A stretch of DNA of 36,308 nucleotides from a virus (lineage: Duplodnaviria > Caudoviricetes), in the IMG/VR virus record IMGVR_UViG_3300033067_000266, positions 1 to 36,308 of that record; one strand, written 5' to 3'. The notes beneath the pieces are model-generated. The model did no database searches. It saw nothing but the letters and a program-made list of their open reading frames with translations, and was not told the DNA's origin. A program made the translations under genes and the position numbers. Within the stretch, counting starts at the first letter, position 1. Every line of letters begins with the position of its first letter. Below are positions 1 through 7,573 of this stretch, piece after piece.

Positions 1-195
1 GCCCTAGCAGCGGCCCCAGCAGCGTCCCAAGCAGCGGCCCCAGCAGCGTCCCAAGCAGCGTCCCTAGCAGCGTCCCCAGCAGCGGCCCTAGCAGCGGCCC
101 TAGCAGCGTCCCTAGCAGCGGCCCTAGCAGCGTCCCAAGCAGCGTCCCAAGCAGCGTCCCTAGCAGCGTCCCAAGCAGCGTCCCAAGCAGCGGCC
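1..195. repeat. 12-bp coding tandem repeat (about 16 units)
   Basis: Units such as gcagcgtcccaa, gcagcggcccta and gcagcggcccca encode DAAW/AAAR/AAAG on the minus strand. Confidence 0.95.
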
Positions 196-503
196 AGTTC
201 TGCATCTGTTGCCAAACCGTCTGCATGTCGTTCTGCAACATAAAGCGCCGCAATGCTGCGGGGATCTTTCATAAGGTGCTGCACGCTTCTAGCACAATCA
301 ACCGCGTACAAGCGCATTTCCCGCTGATGGCCTTCGACTGCACGAAGACACCACAGAGCATCATCAAGACCATTGCTATCAAGAATGGTGGTGATTGCCA
401 GAGGTTCGTCGTCGGCTTTTGTCTTGCCTAGATTGCCAAGCAGTTTCGACCAGCCCAAAGCGCAAGGACTTTGTGCGCGGATTTTGTTTAGCGTTGTTTT
501 CAT
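1..503 (-). CDS. N-terminal part of a phage protein with (D/A)AA(W/R/G) tetrapeptide repeats; continues across the contig junction into 36308-36139
   Basis: Manual translation from ATG at 503: MKTTLNKIRAQSPCALGWSKLL...LDDALWCLRAV...MKDPRSIAALYVAERHADGLATDAELAAAWDAAWDAAR..., open to base 1. The ATG overlaps the TGA of the 500..796 ORF. Confidence 0.88.
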   Translation of the reverse strand, partial: MKTTLNKIRAQSPCALGWSKLLGNLGKTKADDEPLAITTILDSNGLDDALWCLRAVEGHQREMRLYAVDCARSVQHLMKDPRSIAALYVAERHADGLATDAELAAAWDAAWDAARDAAWDAAWDAARAAARDAARAAARAAAGDAARDAAWDAAGAAAWDAAGAAAR

Positions 504-796
504 ACTTGCACCATGTCCGCAGTAATCACACCAGCACGCCCGTAAACAGCAATGCTTGCGCGGCTTGCAATCAAAGACCTGCGCTCCCTCTGGATGATGT
601 GGCCCACCTCAAGCAGATCGCCATCTTTCAGCGCTGCATTGAGGGCATCGAAAATCTCACCGACAATGGTTTGCAGATCATCAACATCAAAAGCAAAAAC
701 ATGCTTGTTGATGGCTTGCGTGCGCTCGTATTGCGTGGCTTCGATGCCGTGGAATGCGTCTAGCTCTGCGTTTGTTACTGCGTTCATTTCATCCAC
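500..796 (-). CDS. Hypothetical phage protein
   Basis: 98-aa ORF overlapping both neighbours in the leftward operon. Confidence 0.75.
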   Translation of the reverse strand: MDEMNAVTNAELDAFHGIEATQYERTQAINKHVFAFDVDDLQTIVGEIFDALNAALKDGDLLEVGHIIQRERRSLIASRASIAVYGRAGVITADMVQV

Positions 797-1458
797 CTAG
801 CTTTTGTGATGCGGTTGTATGCAACTTCGATCAGCAGCCGATATTCAAGGTGCGTGTCGTCGTCGTGCCTCTTTTCAGAGGCTTCTAGGAATTCGTCAAT
901 CGATCCTTTGAAGCATCCACGAGTAACCTCAATCGTGTTGTCTTTCGAGTTGTAGACGGTCAGCGTCCCATACTCATAGCCAACGCCTGTAAACCAGACA
1001 ATCAAGCCTCTGCCGTACACCCACGCATCGCCGTACACCCGCGCATTGCCGGACACCCGCGCATCGCCGTACACCTGCGCATTGCCGGACACCCGCGCAT
1101 CGCCGGACACCCGCGCATCGCCGGACACCTGCGCATCGCCGTACACCCGCGCATTGCCGGACACCCGCGCATCGCCGTACACCTGCGCATCGCCGTACAC
1201 CCACGCATCGCCGTACACCTGCGCATCGCCGTACACCCACGCATCGCCGTACACCCGCGCATCGCCGTACACCTGCGCATCGCCGTACACCCACGCATCG
1301 CCGTACACTGACAAACAGGCTTCACTTTCGATGTATCCACCAAGAGAACCTGGCGACACAAAGTAAGAAATTGCAACCAGCGCACGAATACGCTTAACCG
1401 TTCTCCCAGGTGCGATTACTTTCTCATCGCCTGGGACAAACTCATATTTCTCGTTCAT
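784..1458 (-). CDS. Hexapeptide-repeat (V[YS]G[DN]A[WQR]) left-handed beta-helix-like phage protein
   Basis: GGAG RBS upstream of ATG 1458 (MNEKYEF), followed by GSLGGYIESE, 16 hexapeptide repeats and a C-terminal VTRGCFKGSIDEF motif typical of this phage family. Confidence 0.85.
   Translation of the reverse strand: MNEKYEFVPGDEKVIAPGRTVKRIRALVAISYFVSPGSLGGYIESEACLSVYGDAWVYGDAQVYGDARVYGDAWVYGDAQVYGDAWVYGDAQVYGDARVSGNARVYGDAQVSGDARVSGDARVSGNAQVYGDARVSGNARVYGDAWVYGRGLIVWFTGVGYEYGTLTVYNSKDNTIEVTRGCFKGSIDEFLEASEKRHDDDTHLEYRLLIEVAYNRITKARWMK
1012..1308. repeat. 18-bp coding tandem repeat (16 units plus a partial unit)
   Basis: Units like cgcatcgccgtacacccg, varying only at three codon positions. 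Confidence 0.95.
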
Positions 1459-1459
1459 T

Positions 1460-1716
1460 TCGTTCACTCCTGTAAATCCATTTGGCAGCGCACCTAATGC
1501 GCTATCAGATGAAGCCCCGAAGGGCGGCAGGTTCACTTGTTACTGCTTCGCCTCATGGAAGTCCGCCGAACGACTGACCATGCGCCTTGCCACACCTATC
1601 TGCACTCTCTCCAATCGCTCCAAGCCACTGCGCCCCTCTGGAGCTAGACTTCTCTCTGCTTACTTTCGGTTAACGCCTTGTCGCCGCGCTAAGTCGTGTT
1701 GTGGTTGCTTGCGATG
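1460..1716 (-). ncRNA. Putative structured 5' leader RNA of the leftward early transcript
   Basis: No convincing ORF. Successive hairpins on the minus strand: gctcca..tggagc, catgg-agtc..gact-ccatg, gcag..ctgc, gccc-UUCG-gggc, agcgca..tgcgct. Confidence 0.45.
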
Positions 1717-1721
1717 TAGTA

Positions 1722-1750
1722 ACTGTAATTCAACGTAATACGAAATGCAA
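1722..1750 (-). promoter_or_regulatory. Sigma70-like leftward promoter (pL-like)
   Basis: TTGCAT-17 nt-TACAGT on the minus strand. Confidence 0.65.
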
Positions 1751-1783
1751 GCATTATTTGCATAAACCCGCAAAATAAATTCC

Positions 1784-1812
1784 TTGCAGTTTGCCAAAAA
1801 GTGTACTACCAT
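1784..1812 (+). promoter_or_regulatory. Sigma70-like rightward promoter (pR-like), probably giving a leaderless mRNA
   Basis: TTGCAG-17 nt-TACCAT; the ATG at 1820 lies 7 nt after the -10 box and has no RBS. Confidence 0.6.
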
Positions 1813-1819
1813 TTGCGAC

Positions 1820-1972
1820 ATGAAAACCAAACAAACCAAAGAAATAGGCAGCATTCGGCTTATTCCATCCTATTGGATAAAGTTGCGTCAAGTATGGAAG
1901 CTAGTAGGAAGTGCATGGCTTGAGAAAGCCATTGACCGCGAACACAAACGCATTATTGGTGAAAAAAAATGA
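1820..1972 (+). CDS. Small basic putative DNA-binding regulator (ribbon-helix-helix/Cro-position protein)
   Basis: 50 aa, MKTKQTKEIGSIRLIPSYWIKLRQ...WLEKAIDRE (strand-helix-helix pattern); first gene after the rightward promoter. Confidence 0.6.
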   Translation: MKTKQTKEIGSIRLIPSYWIKLRQVWKLVGSAWLEKAIDREHKRIIGEKK

Positions 1973-2835
1973 AAACTTTACTACTAGCAGCATCCATCCT
2001 GCTAACCGCATGCGGAGGTCAAGCCACACCGCTTACAAGCCTACCAGTCCTTTGCTACACACCGGTTGACAAGGCAACGCCTTCCGCTGGCTGTCTTGGA
2101 CAACTGCAAGGCAGCACAAGCAAAAACCCAGTGCAATCCGTGCACACGCAAGCTCTGCTATCTGGGCCGCTTATTCTTTGGGCTGGTGCGAAGAGGGATT
2201 TCGCAGTCAACGCGCCAAACTTCCAGACACTAATAAACACTGCGATGCAGTACCCTGGAAAGTTCCCTTACGTATTTTTGTACGACGAACCCGGATGGTG
2301 CGGTTTTGGTGCTTGCCCATGGACTGACGAAGCCACGGTTTTGCAGCAGGCCGCCATCGCACATCAAGCGGGTATCGGAACAATGATAAACATCATGCCA
2401 GACGTTATCCTAGACGACCGATTTGCAATGCAAAACATCAATGCGTTTGACGTTATTTCTATTGATGTATACCCGAGTGCAAGGCCTGGAGTTGCAACGC
2501 CGCCATACCTTACTTTGGTTCCAAATTCCCGAGGTTGCAATTGGAGCAATAACCAAGGTTCAAATCTTGCCTACTGCGCCGCTCAAAGACTTCGTTCAAA
2601 TGGATTCCGTGGATACATCGCCCTTGTATACCAGGGTTTCGGAGTGCGTACTATCCCGTCACAAACTCTATACGACCAGCTAATGCAACAGCGCGAAACA
2701 GTCTCGCAAGCCCAAGCAATGGGATTTGCTGCGGTTATGCCATGGGGTCTATATCTTGGTGCTGCAGAGACTGCGGAAGACGGTAATTTATTTCAGTTGG
2801 CTGGCACGCAGTATGAATGGATGATCCTTCCATGA
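1969..2835 (+). CDS. Lipoprotein with a glycoside-hydrolase-like (TIM-barrel) domain
   Basis: Signal peptide with lipobox LTAC; motifs FLYDEP, DVISIDVYP and LVYQGFG. Confidence 0.65.
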   Translation: MKTLLLAASILLTACGGQATPLTSLPVLCYTPVDKATPSAGCLGQLQGSTSKNPVQSVHTQALLSGPLILWAGAKRDFAVNAPNFQTLINTAMQYPGKFPYVFLYDEPGWCGFGACPWTDEATVLQQAAIAHQAGIGTMINIMPDVILDDRFAMQNINAFDVISIDVYPSARPGVATPPYLTLVPNSRGCNWSNNQGSNLAYCAAQRLRSNGFRGYIALVYQGFGVRTIPSQTLYDQLMQQRETVSQAQAMGFAAVMPWGLYLGAAETAEDGNLFQLAGTQYEWMILP

Positions 2836-2933
2836 AAGAATTCCTAGAACACCTTAAATACGTGATCGCATACGCCCTGCTGGTGGTCGGTGTGGTTGGT
2901 CTTTGTATTGCTTTTATCGGGAGCATCAAATGA
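2832..2933 (+). CDS. 33-aa single-pass membrane microprotein
   Basis: MKEFLEHLKYVIAYALLVVGVVGLCIAFIGSIK; ATGA overlaps at both ends. Confidence 0.7.
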   Translation: MKEFLEHLKYVIAYALLVVGVVGLCIAFIGSIK

Positions 2934-3151
2934 GCCTCATTGATTACACCTGGGTCAAGACCGCGCCCCCGAAGCCCAACGCATTCACCATCCCCGCCAA
3001 ATCAATACAGATAGGCGGGCCATCGACTAAGCAGATTCGAGATTCTGCAACTCGTGTGAACCGAAATACGCACATGCCCACCAGCCAGGCAGACAAAGAC
3101 CGTAGCGCTGCGCTTATCGGTCGGGGCACATGCAATTGGAAGGACCAGTAA
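2930..3151 (+). CDS. Hypothetical phage protein
   Basis: MSLIDYTWVK...; coupled to both neighbours. Confidence 0.65.
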   Translation: MSLIDYTWVKTAPPKPNAFTIPAKSIQIGGPSTKQIRDSATRVNRNTHMPTSQADKDRSAALIGRGTCNWKDQ

Positions 3152-3882
3152 TGGCATCTGCAAACCCATGGTTTCGCATGTACTCCGAGTTTTCGCACGA
3201 CCCGAAAGTACAGATGATGACCGAGGCAATGCAGCGGCGTTACATGATGCTTATGTGTATGCGTTGCAGTAACACGCTTGTAACGTTACATGAAACAGAG
3301 GTGGCGTTTCACCTCCGCATTACAGAGCAAGAACTGGCAGAAACAAAAGCGCTTTTTGTGCAGAAGGGTTTTATCGATTCATCATGGAACCTGCTGAATT
3401 GGGAAAAACGCCAAATGTTGTCAGATACCTCAAACGTTAGAGTGGCTAGGCATAGAGCGCTGCAAAAAGAGAAGCAACAGGAACAAGGTAACGGCGATGT
3501 AACGTTACAGAAACGGAAAAGTAACGTTCTAGATACAGAAGAGATAAGAAGAGATAAGAATAAGAAGAATACAAAGGCAACTGTCGTTGCAACGCCTGAC
3601 GGCGTTTCGCAAAAGGTCTGGTCGGACTTTCTCAAAACTCGAAAAACAAAGGTCACCGACACGGCGATAGACGGCATACGCCGAGAGGCTGAGAGGGCAG
3701 GCATCACCTTGGAGACAGCTTTGGAAACATGCTGCGCCAGAGGCTGGCAGTCGTTCCGTTCCGACTGGCTACGCGAGACAAAGAACGGTCAACCCGTGAA
3801 CAAGCAAACCGCCCTTGAAGACCGAAACCGCGCAGTTGCGGAGCGTTGGGCTAGTCGCGGCATGCTGCCAGGAGCAATCTGA
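3151..3882 (+). CDS. Phage replication initiator (lambda O-analogous)
   Basis: N-terminal WFRMYSEFSHDPKVQMM and NWEKRQ...RVARHR, internal iteron-like repeats, C-terminal VWSDFLKTRK...CCARGWQSF domain. Confidence 0.8.
   Translation: MASANPWFRMYSEFSHDPKVQMMTEAMQRRYMMLMCMRCSNTLVTLHETEVAFHLRITEQELAETKALFVQKGFIDSSWNLLNWEKRQMLSDTSNVRVARHRALQKEKQQEQGNGDVTLQKRKSNVLDTEEIRRDKNKKNTKATVVATPDGVSQKVWSDFLKTRKTKVTDTAIDGIRREAERAGITLETALETCCARGWQSFRSDWLRETKNGQPVNKQTALEDRNRAVAERWASRGMLPGAI
3488..3575. promoter_or_regulatory. Putative replication origin (iterons plus A-rich tract) inside the initiator gene
   Basis: G(T/A)AACG at 3488, 3499, 3510 and 3521 (11-bp period), palindrome TGTAACGTTACA at 3498-3509, then an AGA(T/A)AAG purine tract. 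Confidence 0.6.
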
Positions 3883-4520
3883 TGCACGAATCTGAACAGC
3901 CTGAATTTGCCACGTTGATGACCAACGTAATGGCGTATTACGGCAAAGACGCCAGCGATTTTTTACTGGATGCGTGGTGGAGTGCTTGTAACGGCGTGAG
4001 CTTTGAAGAGTTTCAAAAGGCCATCAACGCGCACATTCGCAATTCGGAATTTGCTCCGAAAGTTTCGGATGTGGTCAAGGTGTTGCACGGTTCAACGACA
4101 GACCGGGCGACGTTGGCATGGGGCAAGGTGCTTGGTGCAATCTCTGCCGTTGGTGCGTACCAAGACGTTGTTTTTGATGACCCTGCGATCCATGCCGCAA
4201 TTGTCGACTGTGGTGGATGGCAAAAGGTTTGCCGTGGCGACCTGAAAGAACTCAGCTACCTACAGCACCGTTTCTGCGCATCGCACAAAGCCTACACCGA
4301 GCGCGGAGCGTTCGATTACCCAAAGCAATTGAGCGGTGATCGTTCGCCAGATTCTGAATATGAAAAGTTCGGCCTGCCACTGCCTAAACCAGCCATTGTT
4401 GGCGATCAAAAGAGGGCGGCAATGGTACTGGCGCATGGAGGCACTGGAGGCCCGCAAATCGCGTTTAAAGCCGTCGTTGATTTGGTGGCAATCCCCAACA
4501 ACATGAAGGCGGCAGCATGA
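3882..4520 (+). CDS. Replication accessory protein (helicase-loader position; DUF6475-like)
   Basis: Follows the initiator; motifs FAPKVSDV, AWGKV, VVFDDPAIHAAI..GGW. Confidence 0.7.
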   Translation: MHESEQPEFATLMTNVMAYYGKDASDFLLDAWWSACNGVSFEEFQKAINAHIRNSEFAPKVSDVVKVLHGSTTDRATLAWGKVLGAISAVGAYQDVVFDDPAIHAAIVDCGGWQKVCRGDLKELSYLQHRFCASHKAYTERGAFDYPKQLSGDRSPDSEYEKFGLPLPKPAIVGDQKRAAMVLAHGGTGGPQIAFKAVVDLVAIPNNMKAAA

Positions 4521-4627
4521 CACGCGCCCAAGCCAATGAAATCCTAACGCTCTGGAAATTGGGAGCGCAGCACTACCCGCAGGCAGTAATTACGCAGTGT
4601 CTGTATCTAACCGGGGACATCGAATGA
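4517..4627 (+). CDS. Small hypothetical phage protein
   Basis: MTRAQANEILTLWKLGAQHYPQAVITQCLYLTGDIE; ATGA overlap with the previous gene. Confidence 0.7.
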   Translation: MTRAQANEILTLWKLGAQHYPQAVITQCLYLTGDIE

Positions 4628-4911
4628 ATGAAAACACTAGCCGACTACGTGGCCCACTACATGTGGATAGCCTCGATGGACAAGAAATACGCATGGTGGG
4701 CGGTGAACAACCTGGCCGAATCGAACGCAGAACTAACCGACCTGCCGAGGTTGCTTACCGAAGCGATGCAATCCGCGAAATCGCAGCCAACCTTGAAAGA
4801 CTCTGCATCGAGTACGCCTGTCACTCCAGAGTAAACGGCACAGGAAACGAAACGCGTGCTGTGTGGGCGCAATTCAAGGCGCAGATTGAAGCGCTGAAGG
4901 CCGCAGCATGA
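4624..4911 (+). CDS. Hypothetical protein (overlaps 4628..4834 in another frame; true start uncertain)
   Basis: ATGA-coupled at 4624 and at the ninG start; helical C-terminal half. Confidence 0.45.
   Translation: MNENTSRLRGPLHVDSLDGQEIRMVGGEQPGRIERRTNRPAEVAYRSDAIREIAANLERLCIEYACHSRVNGTGNETRAVWAQFKAQIEALKAAA
4628..4834 (+). CDS. Hypothetical phage protein
   Basis: 68-aa ORF starting directly after the previous stop codon. Confidence 0.55.
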   Translation: MKTLADYVAHYMWIASMDKKYAWWAVNNLAESNAELTDLPRLLTEAMQSAKSQPTLKDSASSTPVTPE

Positions 4912-5468
4912 AAAAGTGCAGGTTCTGTAAATCACAATTCACACCACTAAGAACAGATCAAGTGGTATGCAGCTATCAATGCGCGATTAACTTGAACGCA
5001 GCGGCCAAGAAGAAGAAACAGCGCCAAGCGGAATTGATTGTGCGCAGGGCTGACAAGGTTACGCGCGAGAAGCTGAAGACCCGCAGCGACTACATCAAGG
5101 AGGCACAGATTGAATTTAACAAATACGTCAGATTGCGTGATTCTGGACAGGGTTGTATCTCTTGTGGATCAGCCTGCGGAGAAGGTTCTATCGGTGGTAG
5201 CGGCGATGCAGGACATTTTCGGAGCCGTGGAAGTGCGCCGCACCTCAGATTCGACGAAAGAAATTGTCACCTCCAGTGCAAACGGTGCAACCGCTATTTG
5301 TCGGGGAACGTGGCTGATTATCGCGTTGGACTGGTCCGACGAATCGGCCTTGATGTAGTCCTGGCGCTAGAGGAAGACCAAGAGCCACGCAAGTACACGG
5401 TGGACGAATTGAAGGCCATAAAAAAACATTACGCAGAACTTGCGAAAGAACTAAGGATTAAGGAATGA
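4908..5468 (+). CDS. ninG: NinG/Rap-like recombination endonuclease
   Basis: CxxC...CSYQCA N-terminus, FNKYVRLRD, CISCG, DAGHFRSRG, NCHLQCKRCN. Confidence 0.92.
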   Translation: MKKCRFCKSQFTPLRTDQVVCSYQCAINLNAAAKKKKQRQAELIVRRADKVTREKLKTRSDYIKEAQIEFNKYVRLRDSGQGCISCGSACGEGSIGGSGDAGHFRSRGSAPHLRFDERNCHLQCKRCNRYLSGNVADYRVGLVRRIGLDVVLALEEDQEPRKYTVDELKAIKKHYAELAKELRIKE

Positions 5469-5878
5469 GCGACAGCGCAATAACTTTGGAACTGCACAAC
5501 AGACAGCAAGCCTTCGCAGTTATCAAGGAACGGCTTTACCCGTTTCTAGGCCGCTGGCTACAGGCTGACAAGACGCTAGTGCTAACCGCTGGCCTAAAGA
5601 AGCGCACCAAGCCACAGAACCGGCGTTACTGGGGGCGCGGAGTGCTGGCACAGATAGCAGAGCAGGCCACGGTAGGTGGGCGACTGTTCAGCGCAGACAC
5701 ATGGCACGAGCAATTCAAGCGCCAGTTTATCGGCGTGATTGAGTTGCCAAACGGCCAAGTGCAGGGAATGAGCAGCAAAGACCTGAACACCGCCGATTTC
5801 TGCAAATTCAGCGACCAAGTAGAAGCTTACGCGGCAACCGAGCTTGGCGTGAGATTTATTGACCTAGGCAACCACTGA
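5465..5878 (+). CDS. ninB: NinB/Orf-like recombination protein
   Basis: KRTKPQNRRYW, WHEQFK and SSKDLNTADFCKFSDQVEAYA motifs. Confidence 0.85.
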   Translation: MSDSAITLELHNRQQAFAVIKERLYPFLGRWLQADKTLVLTAGLKKRTKPQNRRYWGRGVLAQIAEQATVGGRLFSADTWHEQFKRQFIGVIELPNGQVQGMSSKDLNTADFCKFSDQVEAYAATELGVRFIDLGNH

Positions 5879-5888
5879 AAGGAAGACC

Positions 5889-6098
5889 ATGTACAAAGAC
5901 CATGAACCATCGAAGCCCTTTGAAGACTTCCGAAACATCGAAGTAGGTCAGGCCCGTGTGATCTTTGAAGGAAATGATTGGTACGGCCTTTCAGGCTGGC
6001 GTCTACCTGGTGGCCGGATGACGCAAGACCGGTACGAAGCATACAGATGCGCGACTGAAATGAATCGCCTGATGGGTGGTGTACAGGTGACAGCATGA
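5889..6098 (+). CDS. Hypothetical phage protein
   Basis: AGGA RBS; GWRLPGG motif. Confidence 0.7.
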   Translation: MYKDHEPSKPFEDFRNIEVGQARVIFEGNDWYGLSGWRLPGGRMTQDRYEAYRCATEMNRLMGGVQVTA

Positions 6099-6451
6099 CG
6101 GCATCGAGAAGAATAGGGTTGCAAACCCGCCAGATATGCGAGTTGCTTGAAAAGATTGGCCCCAGTGGAACGGCTGAAATAGGGCGGAATTTCCCAGGCG
6201 TGGAAAGTAGCAATCTCAGAAAGCGACTGAATAAAGCTGTGGATTACAAACTGCTTACCGTTTGTGTCGGAGAGGGGCATCTATCCAATTTCAGTCTGTT
6301 TTCTGCTGTGGTGGATTGGAAAGAGATCGCGGACAAGAGGGCCGCGCAGCCAAAGGTTTCAAAACCAAAGCCACGGAAAAAGCCTGATGTGCCTAGCGTG
6401 GTTACGCAATGGACTGGTGTATCCAGTGTGTTTCAGATGGGGGCTATGTGA
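6095..6451 (+). CDS. Hypothetical protein, possibly with an N-terminal winged helix
   Basis: 118-aa coupled ORF; ICELLEKIGPSGTAEIG...NLRKRLNKAVDYKLL. Confidence 0.65.
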   Translation: MTASRRIGLQTRQICELLEKIGPSGTAEIGRNFPGVESSNLRKRLNKAVDYKLLTVCVGEGHLSNFSLFSAVVDWKEIADKRAAQPKVSKPKPRKKPDVPSVVTQWTGVSSVFQMGAM

Positions 6452-6579
6452 ATCAGTACGGTTGCCACAATCGCCCGCCAATAGTCACCTTTGGCGCTAC
6501 TACCTGTCAATACACCTTAACCAAGCTGGGCGCGGTTGATAAAAGGTGCGAAGGCTGCAAACACAAGGGGAATGCATGA
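6448..6579 (+). CDS. Small Cys-rich phage protein
   Basis: GTG start; MNQYGCHNRPP...CQY...DKRCEGCKHKGNA; overlaps both neighbours by 4 nt. Confidence 0.65.
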   Translation: MNQYGCHNRPPIVTFGATTCQYTLTKLGAVDKRCEGCKHKGNA

Positions 6580-6953
6580 AAGACGACACAAACGAGCTAC
6601 TGAGCGCCCTCTTGTGTGACTGGCACCGCTGGGCCTGCGGTTACAAGCATGTGGGCGGCATAAACACCTCCCCCATGTTTCGCGAAGTAAAGACCGGACG
6701 GCAATGGGACACCGTAGACGAAATAATAGATAGCGACATAGAACACAGCCGCATGGATGCCCTGGATCACATCATCATGAGCCTGTGCGATGTTTACCGT
6801 ACCAGCTTGCAGCTACAGGCGAGAAATCTGCACACCGGTCACTCTGTCTGGTTTAGCGCCAGATTGCCGCCAGATGAGCAGGCTAGGGCGGTGCTATTGG
6901 GAGAGGCTAGGGCCGCTCTGCTGTGCAAATTGCGTGATTGCGGGATTATGTGA
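6576..6953 (+). CDS. Putative late antiterminator (Q-position protein)
   Basis: LLCDWHRWA N-terminus and helical C-terminus; lies between the nin region and a promoter-terminator late leader. Confidence 0.55.
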   Translation: MKDDTNELLSALLCDWHRWACGYKHVGGINTSPMFREVKTGRQWDTVDEIIDSDIEHSRMDALDHIIMSLCDVYRTSLQLQARNLHTGHSVWFSARLPPDEQARAVLLGEARAALLCKLRDCGIM

Positions 6954-7312
6954 TGGACGAGCAGCGACTTAAATATGAGGAGCATCGCCGCAACGCAAAG
7001 AAACGCGGGATTGAGTTTGAAATTACGTTTGAGGAATGGAAGGACATATGGTCTGGCAAATACCATATGAGGGGGCCTAAGTCCGGCCAATTAGGGATGT
7101 TGAGGACTAGAGACGAAGGAGCCTATAAGGCTGGGAATGTTCGGCTTGGCACGCCAAAGGAGAATCATCAGGAGCGAGCTGTGTGCGACTTGGTATCGAG
7201 GGCTCAGAACTGGCGAAGAGAGGCGGTAGTCACTAAGCAACCGGCATTGGCTGATACCGCCTTGATTAGGAAACGCTACGTTTTTGACGAATATCTTGAA
7301 GAAGATGAGTAA
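6953..7312 (+). CDS. HNH-like (beta-beta-alpha-metal) endonuclease-related protein
   Basis: NAKKRGIEFEITFEEW followed by RTRDEGAYKAGNVRLGTPKEN. Confidence 0.65.
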   Translation: MDEQRLKYEEHRRNAKKRGIEFEITFEEWKDIWSGKYHMRGPKSGQLGMLRTRDEGAYKAGNVRLGTPKENHQERAVCDLVSRAQNWRREAVVTKQPALADTALIRKRYVFDEYLEEDE

Positions 7313-7317
7313 AACGC

Positions 7318-7346
7318 TTGACAAGTGCAAAGAAACACCCCAAAAT
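7318..7346 (+). promoter_or_regulatory. Late promoter (pR'-like)
   Basis: TTGACA-17 nt-CAAAAT upstream of the terminase operon. Confidence 0.6.
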
Positions 7347-7377
7347 GTCTCCAGTAGGACAGGTGCCTCTAAAAATT

Positions 7378-7407
7378 AGCCCTTAGCAGCAATGCTTGGG
7401 GCTTTTT
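7378..7407 (+). terminator. Intrinsic terminator (tR'-like)
   Basis: agcccttagca-GCAA-tgcttggggct followed by TTTT. Confidence 0.75.
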
Positions 7408-7510
7408 GCATTCTGGCGGCGATCAAACACACCTATGCGCGTATTGCCTAAGTGATCGACCGCCAGAACCCATTACTCCTTGGTTGGTTTTTGAAAAGTT
7501 CCAACCTTCC

Positions 7511-7540
7511 GCCCGCACTGGTAACGGTGGCGGGTTTTTT
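7511..7540 (+). terminator. Second intrinsic terminator in the late leader
   Basis: gcccgcactg-GTAA-cggtggcgggt followed by a T run. Confidence 0.7.
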
Positions 7541-7573
7541 ACATTGGTCCACCCCGAAAGGCGGCGACACAGC

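Noticed and set aside
1-76. True direct terminal repeat of the virion DNA
   Set aside because: The match lies inside a low-complexity coding repeat and breaks down after 76 bp; an assembly break explains it better.
1-1308. Tandem repeats as a CRISPR array or DGR template/variable repeats
   Set aside because: The units are contiguous with no unique spacers, are in-frame coding, and there is no cas or reverse transcriptase gene.
974-1385. Alternative-frame repeat ORFs (VRRCAG, CTAMRG, ASPYT)
   Set aside because: These are shadows of the stop-free 18-bp repeat; only the VYGDA frame has an RBS and flanking domains.
1460-1716. tRNA, riboswitch or ribozyme in the early leader
   Set aside because: I could not see a cloverleaf/T-loop, a hammerhead core or any riboswitch consensus I recognise; kept only as an unassigned structured leader.
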